From assembly GCF_009914755.1 (NCBI RefSeq), contig NC_060925.1: 64,000 bases of DNA; one strand, written 5' to 3'. The translations under genes were made by a program, and so were the position numbers. This stretch comes from the human T2T-CHM13v2.0 reference genome, Homo sapiens. The notes beneath the pieces are model-generated. The model was not told the origin of the DNA, did not search any database, and saw only the letters and a list, made by a program, of their open reading frames with translations. Shown here in pieces: positions 14,953 through 31,276 of the stretch (the first letter of the stretch is position 1; each line of letters begins with the position of its first letter).

Positions 14953-16144
14953 ATACCCTCAACTGCTTTTGCTAACCAAAACTGGAGGGGGAAGGGTGGA
15001 GGAAGCACTGAACTAAGTCCATGTGCATGGAGAATCGGCTACAAACACCACACTTTATTTCACCTATTCAGCTGTTTCATGACTGCTTCACTGTACACCT
15101 GTGTAATCTGACTGCTTTTATATCACCATTTTACTAATAAAGTAAAATTAATTAAAACAACAAAGATAAACTGGAGACAGGACTATGAGAAAGAATATTA
15201 AACAAAGTAGAAATGGAGAAAAATTAAAACCATTGTGAATATAAGAAAAACTCAGTTTAAAGCCTTTCTAAATCATAAAAAAAAATGAGCCTTTCTTCCT
15301 ACTATATTATGATAGGCAGAAAGTTTAACTGTTTAAAGCTAAAATGTGGAATATTTGACATGTCTTTGGAATACAGCTTCTGGCCAATAAACATTTTTCT
15401 TCTCCTGCAATGTGCAACAAATAAAGTTACTTGGAAATTAAAACCTAGAGAAATTTTAACTTTTTTGCATAAACATGGGCCCCAATATACAAGGAGTTTT
15501 CAAATTTTGGGGTAACTTTAAATGGCTATAAGGTTAGAAATCACTTTCCCATAGAAATACTAAAATAAAGTGGAGTAAAGTTTTCAGGTTCATTTACCAC
15601 CTAAAGTTAAACCAACCTGTAGTTGAAAACCCTACAATACTTACTCCAAAACGGCTTAAGCAATGTTTCCATGCACCAAGTATCAACGTAAATGCCAGAA
15701 GCATTATATCACGTGGTGAGGCCTAACTTCCAAATCCAAACACACACACGCACACATACACTCACTCCAGGATTCCCAAAGAGGCAGGGGAGGCTTAAGA
15801 ACTCTAACTCCCTCCTGGTCACTTTAATGCCAAGTGGAAGCCAAAGGCTACAGTGAGGTTAGATGGAAATGGAGGACCAAAAGTTCCCATTTCATATCAA
15901 AAGCCGTGCAGCATACTTCCAGGACGTGGCCTCCCACTGCTTGAGCAGGCTATCTGTTGTGATAAGAACTCCATGAGTATGCACGGTAACAACATACACA
16001 CCAGCTAATGGCCACAGTGTTAGGAAGAGAAGCTGGCTGAGGGGTTATCAGCGTGGGTTCATTCATTCACTTCCTACCAAGAAATTAAAAAGCAAGGTTC
16101 TTCTTTACCTTAAGGGCTTAAGTACCTGTAACCAAAGCAGGGTC

Positions 16145-16410
16145 AGCCAGGCACAGTGACTTCACACCTGTAATCCCAGCACTTTGGGAGGCTACGACAG
16201 GAGGATTATTTGAGGCCAGGAATTCAAGAAAAACTTGGGCAACATTAGTTGAGACCCCATCTCACCACACCTGGTTAATTTTAAAATTTTTTGTAGATGG
16301 GAGTCTCACTAGGTTGCCCAGGCTGGTCTCAAACTCCTGGCTTCAAGTGATCCTCCTGCCCTGGCCTCCCAAAGCACTGGGATTATAGGTGTGAACCACT
16401 GCACCCAGCC
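16145..16410. mobile_element. Abutting inverted Alu left arms (plus 16145-16263; minus 16264-16410)
   Basis: Two complementary left-arm sequences; ccccatctc duplicated at 16255 and 16410. Confidence 0.88.
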
Positions 16411-16539
16411 CCCATCTCCATTTTTTAAATTAAATAACAATGCTGTTGATATAAAGTCCCTTTGGCAACTATAGATTAGAAAGTATCTATAGTTCTATAG
16501 AATAGAAGCTACAGAATAGAAAGTATTCCAGGGTTACTG

Positions 16540-16722
16540 AGCACTTCAAACAACACTGATAAAACTGAGAACTGAATTTAAAATTTTATTTGATCTTAAC
16601 AAATAAATTATTTGATCTTATGTAAATCTAAATAGCTACGTATGGCTACTAGCTACCATAGTGAACAACACAGATTTATAAGACATTTCCATCACAGCAG
16701 AAAGTTCTATTAGAAGTGCTAT
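16540..16722. mobile_element. MER3-like hAT MITE
   Basis: acatttccatcacagcagaaagttctatt signature. Confidence 0.65.
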
Positions 16723-17198
16723 AGTATTCATACCTACTATTTGTAGATAGTAAGATCCAATTCAAGGAAAAATACAGACTAAGCATCAACTTCCCAGGCC
16801 CAGAACTGCCTCTTCTAGTATTTAACTAGAACTAAAATAAGCTTCTGGGAAAGAAAATGCAGGTATGATCTTTTTTACAAATGAACAACTAGCTCACTTT
16901 GAAACCACTCATCCATACAAGGTGATTTAATCCCCGAAAGCCAGAAGAAATAGGTTCCTTTAGCAGTAAAATAGAGATAACACCTACTGCACTTATAAAG
17001 ACAAAGCCTACAAAACTCTACTACACAATGCTATGTAAAGTAAGTTATTCCTATTATTGTACATTACTAAAGGAAATTGATTCTTCTTTTATTATTGTTC
17101 GTTATTTCACTCTTAAACTGGAGTAATTAATGTATCAATTAAAGGTAAAGAAAACCCTTAACTCTAAACACAACCACTAGAAATCAGGTATGTTTAGG

Positions 17199-17394
17199 GC
17201 AGGGTTTATCAATCTTGGCACTAATGACAGTTTGTACTAAATAATTATTTATTGTCAGAGGCTGTCCTGTACATTGTAGGATATTTAAGAGCATCCTTGG
17301 CCTCTACCTAGAAGCACCCATATACATTTCTTCCTCACAACAAAAAATGTCTCAAGACTTGCCAAATGTCTCCTGTGAGGGAAGAAACTACTGG
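17199..17394 (+). mobile_element. MER20
   Basis: tcaatcttggcactaatgac...ggctgtcctgtacattgtagg...tgccaaatgtc. Confidence 0.75.
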
Positions 17395-17399
17395 CTTAC

Positions 17400-18355
17400 A
17401 GAAAGCCAAAAGCAACAGGAATAGAAGCATTTCATCTGATAAATGATTATGAAGTTGTCGTAAATGGGATTTTTCTCTACCATCAAGCCCTTTCTCTATT
17501 TGATTCTGTTTGTATATGTGAAAGGTACTGACATTTAAACATTTCACTTTTTTATCCTTTCTTATGCTTCTAATTGCACTGTACCTCTAATACAATGTGG
17601 AAAGAGTGAACATCCTTGGCTAGTTCCTGATGTCAGTGGAAATGTCTCTCATGTGTTCCTATTAAATATGACACTAGCTTTACAGACAATCAAACCATAA
17701 TCACAGTATTGGAAATAATTGACTGGTTTCCTCCTTTAGAGTTAATAGTTTGATATATGCTATCAATAGAGTGAAAACCTGAACCAACCTTGCATTCCTG
17801 GAATAAATCCCAGCTGGTCATAATGTATTTTTTAAACAAGGTATTAAATTTTTAAAAAACAAAAAGAATTTGGTTAACTACATCTAAGTTTTCTTCCTCC
17901 CAAATTTGTTTTTATCTTTATTATTTCCTTCTTTGTACATTTTTATTGTTGCTATTATTCATGAAAGGTTTATTCATAATAGCCTAGGAACAACCCAAAT
18001 GTGCAGCAACAGGGAAATAAACAAATCGTATATATGTACAATAAAATACTACACAAAGATCTAGTGATACATAAAATACCATGGACAAATCTCAAAAATT
18101 AAATGTTGAGTATAAGAAGCCAGACACAAAAACAGTATACACTGCATGATTCCACTTATATGAGCTTTAGAAGAGGAAAAAATAATTTATAGTGAGAGAA
18201 ACCTGAACAGTTGGTGATTTTGGGTGGGAAGTTTTTAGAGGGAAGGATCTTGAGGGAACTTCCTGAGATGAGGGGAATATGCCAGGTCTTGTTTAGGGTC
18301 AAACACATTTCTGAAAATGTACACTTAAAATCTACATTGTACTGTATATTAAAAA
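17400..18355. mobile_element. L1ME-type fragments (minus about 17400-17850; plus 3' end about 17945-18355)
   Basis: aaccaaccttgcattcctggaataaatccca (antisense L1) and aagaagccagacacaaaa...tgcatgattcca (L1 3' end). Confidence 0.65.
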
Positions 18356-18895
18356 ACTACTAGAGGAAAGTAAAACAATGAGAATCATTACCATATAGCT
18401 GTAGCCATATGGTAATGATTCATAATCTTGCCAGTTAGCCAGCCCTCAAACACTGAGTATTGAGCAGAGCTGAAGAAAGGGTTTCCATAACCAGGTAAGG
18501 CCACCAGGATTGGCTCTGACTGGGTGGCACCCATTTGAAGTATTTTACAAATCAACTCGTGATGAACAGTGTTTACCTTTAAAAATGTGTGTATATGTGT
18601 GCAGAAGTATGGGTATGATTTTAAGTATTCAGTGTTTTTTATCAGAGCACTCTTCTCACCATGATCTCTGTCAAAAGTAGGACATTATTTGACATTGTTT
18701 ACAGAATAGATGAGGAGGGACCGTTAAGAGAAAATTGCCATCACATCCACCTTGCTGAAATAACCAGTTCCAGAGCCTCCTAAAGTCTTGTATACTCTGT
18801 ATCTAAAGCAATGCTTCACTGTTAACAGAAATATGACTAAAGACAGGGAAGCCCCATGTGTTAGCATCCTTTCATTCAACAGTAAAAAAGGCGTC

Positions 18896-18912
18896 CCGGA
18901 AATGACTCATTT
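18896..18912 (+). promoter_or_regulatory. ETS/AP-1 composite motif CCGGAAATGACTCA
   Basis: Exact composite in unique DNA, with a GC-box (about 18930) and NRF1-like GCATGCGCA (about 19133) nearby. Confidence 0.5.
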
Positions 18913-19207
18913 CAGTAATCCTTCCGAGTGGGGCGGGCCCCAGAGAGTTTTACACCTGGGGCATCATCCGAAGGGTCTTCTGGCTACCAAGAGGAGGTGG
19001 CTATATGAAAAGGATGAAGAAGAGACAAGAGAGCCCCTCTTAAGTAAGGAGACAATACAAATGAAAACTGTGGCCTAGAAATTCACTCTCTTAAAATTAC
19101 CAATAACTGGGAAGGTCTTCCCGTATCCCCAGGCATGCGCAAACTCCAAAGACTCAGGACAACGTGCACGAGCACACACAGAATGTTTACAGTAGCAAAT
19201 CTGTTGA

Positions 19208-19885
<678 letters not shown>

Positions 19886-20158
19886 AAAAATAAATAAATA
19901 AAAATAAAAATAAATAAAAAAAATATATATATAATTTTAGTTTGTACTTCCCCTTTTGCCCAGGAGTTGCTTAACAGGAAGTTTTAAATTTCCAGGTGAA
20001 AGGGTCTTCTGTTCTTTGTTTTCCTTAGTAAACTACAATTTTATTGCATTTTAATCGGAATGATTTTTTTTCTGTGATCTAATATATGACCAATTTTTGA
20101 GAAGGTGGCAAGATACACAAATCAATGTGTATTCTTTATTATTACAGGATAGAGTTCA

Positions 20159-23800
<3,642 letters not shown>

Positions 23801-24085
23801 AAAGTTTTTCAAATACTATGAAGTACTCAAGGGCAGACGGAATATCTTACTGGGTAGGTTCCCATCACCAAATATAGAGCCCTTCATCTACTAGTAGATT
23901 AATAAAAAGTGTTAAATGATGAATGAATAAATAAAGCAATTGACAGGTTATGATGTCTAATGAAGTACTAAGCATGTATAGACAAAACAATAAAAATGCT
24001 GTAGGTCAAAGTTATTTCACATATAAAAACAACTGTAGATTAAAGCCAGAGAAGGATTCTTAAACTGCAAAACTAAGAGCTCTGA

Positions 24086-24465
<380 letters not shown>

Positions 24466-26420
24466 TAAATGTTTTAAGGAATGGTTGGGAAACTGTCCAC
24501 AGATGTGACTAATCTGTTTCAAGCCCTAAACATATACATGAACCTAGTTGCTCATAACAAAGTAGGGAGATAAATTAATTTATAATGAAAAGAAACAGAC
24601 TGGAAGCCTCAAACAGCTAATTTAGGGCTCCTTGGCCCTGGTCTTCCAGAAAATTCATCCTAAAGCATCTTCCTATAATAGGAGCCCCTGGGTAAAATGA
24701 CAGCCTATAACCTGACCTGCAGTAGGATATTTCTTTCCCCAAGTGACTCCTCCAAATAGGAAGCAGGTAATCAGAAAGCTGGAAAACAGTCCTCAGTCAG
24801 CAAGACACTTACGATCTCCTGTGCTGCCCTCCACAATCAATACTGGAGAATGCACTGATGCGAGTACACAATAAACCCAAGAATGTTCCCCAGGTCACAT
24901 GTCCTCAGTCCAATCACAAAGCAATCACTCCAGATCCTTGGATCCTTAATAAAACATTATCCTTAGGGGAGAAAAAGTAGCACAGAAAACAAATTACAAG
25001 TTACAAGTTTATCTGCTCGTTCTTGGAGTGTGTTGAGATAGCTCCCTAAGCTGAACTCTTCTCCATATACCTGAAGGAATCTAAATATCTAATCCCTCCT
25101 CCGCCAACAGGCCACAGAGAAATAGTAAAATAAGTGTATGCTGAGTGATTACACCATCATTAACTCAGTACAAAATTACACTTAATTTCACTTTTTCTTT
25201 TCTTCCACTTATACTTTTAAGAACTCAGCAGAAATTCAATGAGCTATGGAGTGTACTACACATGTTACTAGGGCCTGAGATGCTCTTTGAGGGACTTTCA
25301 CACTCCTTACCATACTGGATGTGGAACCAGATGTGTGTGTTTGGTTCAGGATTCTGTCATTAGTCATGTGACCTTGAACAAGTTTGTCAAAGGTTAGCTC
25401 AAACGTTAAAAAACGTGACACTGGCCACAAGGCTACAGCAGAGCCAGGACTCAAACACAAGTCCTCTAACTTCAGTCTATTATACCACAATGCCAGCCAA
25501 AAATTCTTACCCGGGAATAAACAGAACTCAAAAAATATTCAAAATGCTAACTTTACTCTATGGTGGTTATGGATAAAGTGTGATGAAATAAGATCAGCAG
25601 CTGTAGAAACTTACCTTGAAAGGTAGAGATAAGGGATAGCTAAGGTCAACAATTCAAAACTAACAGCAATGCAGTAATGCTGAACTTCAACACACATTTC
25701 TACAACTGCGAAGGGCTCAGATTTTCTTATAGGAAGAAACTCTGGTAGGAAAAAGCTATAATCTCACAATTTACAAAGAAACTACAGGGCATTTTGTTTT
25801 CCTTTTGATTCACCATGGCTAAAGGATAAAGCTCTCTCTCCTCCTTTATAACCCAACTCTAGCACCAGCTTGAAAGCAAACCTTATACATCAGTTTCCTC
25901 CTGAGTGAATGGAATGGCAAGAGCCCCCTCAGAGTTACTGTGACCGGATGAAACCACACAACCGAGCCCTTTGATCTTCAAGAAGAATGGTGCTAAGCAC
26001 TAACATGATCAGTCTTTTTCTTTTTTCTTTTTTGTTCCCCATGGTTTTTTTCATTACATTTGTTTGATCCCTTTTCATGTGCCCACAGACTATTTTATTT
26101 GTATCTCTCTCAAAATTGAATTTATTTTTAGTAGTACTGGTTTATAACTATGGAGAAAGAATAAATTATTTCTGTGAATAAACTATGAGAAGAAAATTGG
26201 AAAAAAAAGGTAAAGCTTAACTTTAACCATCCCCCACCAAATACACCCCAAACATTTTTTAAGCTAATCTACCTTCGTGAAGAGAAAGAGAACAAACAGA
26301 GACTGCTGGGGGGCACTGCCATCCCATTCTGTTTTATGGGAGTAATGGGACAGGCAAAGCTTCTTTCACAGTGAGCGCTGCTGCCAAGAGCGAGGCCGGA
26401 TCACTAAGTGACAGCAACGC

Positions 26421-27110
26421 GACCCTGCACCATTAGGGAAGTGCGTCCACACACACGTGTGACCCTGCACCACTGGGCCAGCACGTCCACACACACACAA
26501 AACTGCACCACTAGGCCAGTGCGTTCACACACACGTGACACCACACCACTAGGCCAGCAAGTCCACAAACACTCATGACACCACACCAGTAGGCCAGCTC
26601 GTCCACACACATGTGTGCAACACTGCACCACTAGGCCAGCATGTCCACACACACGTGACACACCAGTAGGCCAGTGTGTCCACATATACGCGTGCAACAC
26701 AGCACCACTAGGCCAGTACATCCACAAACAATCGTGACACCACACAAGTAGGCCAGTGCATCCACACATGCGTGTGCGACACACCACTAGGCCAGTGCGT
26801 CCACACACACGTGCAAAATTGCACCATTAGGCCAGCATGTCCACATGCATATGAGACACTGCACCATTAAGCCAGTGCGTCCACACACACGTGACACTAC
26901 ACTACTAGGCCGGCACGTCCACACACTCATGCAAAATTGCACCACTAGGCCAGCACATCCACAAACACACGTAAAATTGCACCATTAGGCCAGCGCGTCC
27001 ACATGCACGAGACACTGCACCACAAAGCCAGCGTGTCCACACACACGTGACACTGCACCACTGGATCAGCACATCCACACACTCACGCGACACTGCACCA
27101 TTAGGCCAGC
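26421..27110. repeat. Degenerate minisatellite, about 18 units of 35-42 bp (consensus ~gacactgcaccactaggccagYrcgtccacacacacgt)
   Basis: Core cacca(c/t/g)taggccag counted 18 times at about 39-bp spacing. Confidence 0.95.
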
Positions 27111-27499
27111 TTGTTCAGTGACCAAACAACCACCTGTCATCTGATGTCTTTGAAAAAAATCCAAGTCACAAAAGGATGTTGTATTTGACACTTACAAAAT
27201 CAAATTCAAGGTAAAAGTTTTATAAAGCAGCTACCACTTTTTATGACCACTTTAAAGAAAACACCACAGGAGAAAAAAAAACTAATTAATGAGGATTATA
27301 ATTATATACCCAGTGAAAAGAAGATAAAGTATTACCACTGTAGCACTCCAGCTGTGGTGGCCAGTGAAAGGACAGTGACTTACACATTTACACATCTCCA
27401 AGAAACATCTGATTGTAAACTTAGCTACAGTAAATTCATGGAAATCAGATGGAATTATTTAGGATAACTTGTTCTTCTAAAAATGCTAAAGATAAAAAT

Positions 27500-27800
27500 G
27501 GGCCAGACGTGGTGGCTCATGCCTGTAATCCCAGCACTTTGGGAGGCTGAGGTGGGTGATCACTTGAGGTCAGGAGTTCAAGACCAGCCTGGCCAAGATG
27601 GTGAAACCCTGTCTCTACTAAAAATACAAAAATTAGCTGGGCATCGTGGCACATGCCTGTAGTCCCAGCTACTCGGGAGACTGAGGTAGGAGAATGAATC
27701 ACTTGAACCCAGGAGGCGGAGGTTGCAGTAAAGTGAGCCAAGATCAAGCCACTGAGCTCCAGCCTGGGTGACAGAGCAACACCCCGTCTCAGAAAAAAAG
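27500..27800 (+). mobile_element. AluSx-like
   Basis: Full dimer. Confidence 0.92.
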
Positions 27801-28009
27801 ATTCTACAAATCTCAATACCAATGATAAGTACTCAAATATGTTGATTTTAAGCATTTATGTCAAAACATGTTGAATACAGTTACATATCTCACATATTTG
27901 TTCAACTGAAACTCTAAATCGATTAAAATCTTTTCCCTCAACCCGTGAGACAAGACGGAAACAGGAAGGAAAGAGTATGCAAACCAGTGTAAGAAGTATT
28001 CCAGGATTT

Positions 28010-28304
28010 GGCTGAGTGCGGTGGTTCACACTTGCAATCCCAGCACTTTGGGAGGTCAAAGTGGGTGGATTGCTTAAGTTTAGGAGTTCAAGACCAGCCT
28101 GGGCAAGATGGTAAAACCTCATCTCTATGAAAAATACAAAAATTAGCCAGGTGTGGTGGTGCACACCTGTAGTCCCAGCTACTTGGGGAGGTAGGATTGC
28201 CTGAGCCCAGGAGTTTGAGGCTGCAGTGAGCCATAATCTCACCACTGCACTCCAGGCTGGACAACAGAGCGAGATCCTGTCTCAAAAAAAAAAAAAAAAA
28301 AAAA
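28010..28304 (+). mobile_element. AluJ-like
   Basis: Dimer with poly-A; TSD aagaa(g/a)tattccaggatt at 27991 and 28308. Confidence 0.92.
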
Positions 28305-28311
28305 GACAAGA

Positions 28312-28524
28312 AATATTCCAGGATTAAGTCATCGGTCCCAGCTAACAATATTCCAGGATTAAGTCACCGGTCCCAGGTAACAATATTCCAGGATTAAGTC
28401 ACCGGTCCCAGCTAACAATATTCCAGGATTAAGTCACCAGTCCCAGCTAACAATATTCCAGGATTAAGTCACCGGTCCCAGCTAACAATATTCCAGGATT
28501 AAGTCACTGGTCCCAGGTAACAAT
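28312..28524. repeat. 35-bp VNTR, 6 copies (aatattccaggattaagtcaccggtcccagctaac)
   Basis: Six near-identical units (0-2 differences each) at exact 35-bp period. Confidence 0.97.
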
Positions 28525-28727
28525 TTAACTGTTCCATCAATATAATCAACCCTGCATTAACTTCCTTTGTTCAGCAAGTGAGCTTAAGCTTGGAAAGCCA
28601 ATCTTAAAAGTCACACAAAGCTTGTGGAAGTTCACAAGAAGTTTATAAAACACTGAGAAACTCTCTAAATTCATCTAAATTCCTGTAAGAAGTCAAACCT
28701 AACTACATCCATGCCATACCCCACAGC

Positions 28728-29027
28728 AGAGTTGGCAAACTATGGCCAGAAAAGCCATATCTGGCACACCGCCTGCTTCCTGTGGCCTGAGAGAAGAGTT
28801 TTCCCATTTTTAAATGGCTGAAAAAGAAAGCAAAAGAAGAATATTTCCTGACACATGAAAATTAAATGAAACTCAAATTTCAATATCCATCAAGTTTTAC
28901 TGCAGCCCAGCCACTTCATTTATTTCCATGTTGTCTATTGCTTTTATGCCACAATGGCTGAGCTGAGTCACTGCAACAGATACCATGTGAAACATCAGCT
29001 GACCCGAAAAGCTTGCCAAAGCCTGCC
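28728..29027 (+). mobile_element. MER58B-like hAT element
   Basis: cagagttggcaaactatggcc start; gctgagtcactgcaacaga; ttgccaaagcctg end. Confidence 0.75.
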
Positions 29028-29695
29028 CTAAAGTTGCTACTAATTTACCTTGAAATAACTGACTTTAGCTATGTAGCTTTGCAAAAAAGACTCCAGGTGG
29101 TTTTCCTGAATACCATCTGAGCACCAGAATGGAGAAATTATTGTAACTCATTGTAGTTTTAAGATAAAAGCTACCAAAATCCTAGTATTTTGTTAAAACC
29201 ATATTACAGTACTTAACAAAAAAAAAGTAGTCTTTCACCACTTTATTTCCAGTGAGGAAAGGGTTTTAAGAATATCAGTAGTCTTACTTCCTATACCACT
29301 TAAAAGGCACAAAGTCAGCCATACACACACAAAATGAGCCATTATGGGCATCCTTTTCTTGAAAGAGACAGAAAATACCCAAAGATGCAAATGTCATGGT
29401 CATTTTTTTGACATAATTTCTGAAGACATTATGACTGGCTGGAATGTTACCTTCTGCCTCAGAATGAAATCTTCAATATCTTTCTACCCATCTCCTCCCC
29501 CTGCCAATGAAGCTGTATAGTAGGAAATTTTTCAGACATACAGAAAATGGAAGAATAGTTCAATGAAAATCTCTATAAATTTTGCCTGGGTTCTCAAGTA
29601 ATTACACGCTGCCATATCTGCTTCATCCATTTCTCTGTCTTTTCTAGTGGCAGGAATTAAATCTTTAGAAAGTAAACTGCAGACCATCAGAACAC

Positions 29696-29756
29696 TTTTT
29701 CCCACCTCAGCTTCCCAAAATGCCAGGATTACAGATGTGAGCCACCACACCTGGCC
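29696..29756 (-). mobile_element. About 60-bp Alu 5' remnant between apparent TSDs
   Basis: cccacctcagcttcccaaaatgccaggattacag...ctggcc flanked by ccatc(a/g)gaaca. Confidence 0.75.
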
Positions 29757-30079
29757 CATCGGAACATTTCACCCACATACTTCAGCAAACAATACCAGGA
29801 TAATAATTTCCAAGGAAATGAAGATACAATAATATAGAAACAGCATTAAAAAGTAAATTATCAAAAAAAAAAAAGAGAGAGAGAAGTAAAGCTAGATTAG
29901 TGAAGACACGGAGAACCTCTGCAATCTCAACAATCCAGAGCGGACACTGGCATGTTCACTGAGGCCAAAAGAGGAGTCTGATTAATACAGTGACTACTAA
30001 AAGATCAGGAGAAATTACTCTCCACCTCCTGCACTCAGTGACTCCTCCTTCACATGGAAGAGCACGTCTCCAGTACTTA

Positions 30080-30367
<288 letters not shown>

Positions 30368-30794
30368 TCAACAAAGTATCTTCTGGGCTATGTTTTATAC
30401 CCCTTAGTAAGACCCTATATTTTGCCAAAATGGATTAAGCACAAATGGAAAAAGAAGAAAAACAACTATCTTATCCTAGAACCTCCTTCAACTACCAAAA
30501 TACTTAGTGATCCTGTCTTATTTTTCTTGCTAAATATTACAAAATGGAGTGAACTTACACAGTTTCCATTGATAAGAATATTTTTAACAAGGAACTATAA
30601 TTTACACGCTTTAACAGAGGTTTTTTTATAGTTTCAAAGAAGGAAAAAAAAAAAACAGAAAGATAAAAAAAGAACATCATTCTTCCAAGCTGTTTTTCAT
30701 TGGTTTGTTGACTGTGAGAAAAGTGGAGCAGGATCAGGGCCAGGCAAAGTTTGATGCCAGCGCCAGCACTGCCACTTAGACAATGCATGGCCCC

Positions 30795-30870
30795 AGCAAC
30801 GTCCTTAGCATCTCTCAACCTCAGTTTCCTCATCTGGAACTAGAGAGGGACAGACCCACCTCACGTGACT
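30795..30870 (+). mobile_element. MIR fragment in the short intron between exons A and B
   Basis: cctcagtttcctcatctg core. Confidence 0.65.
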
Positions 30871-31003
30871 AACTGGTAGCCAATGTGAATCATCAAGCAT
30901 AAGGCCTACCAACACTCCAAAATCCATTTTTCAAAAAGTTATCTTCATTTAATGAAATGTCTTTAGAAAGAACTTTGCCCAAAGCTAAGAAACACACAAA
31001 TCA

Positions 31004-31276
<273 letters not shown>

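Noticed and set aside
26404-27093. Cys/Val-rich ORFs (134 aa and 62 aa)
   Set aside because: Translation products of the TG-rich minisatellite; no splice or family support
26421-27110. CRISPR-like appearance (conserved core plus variable linkers)
   Set aside because: Linkers are homologous to one another, cores are degenerate, there are no cas genes, and the context is a human intron; it is a minisatellite
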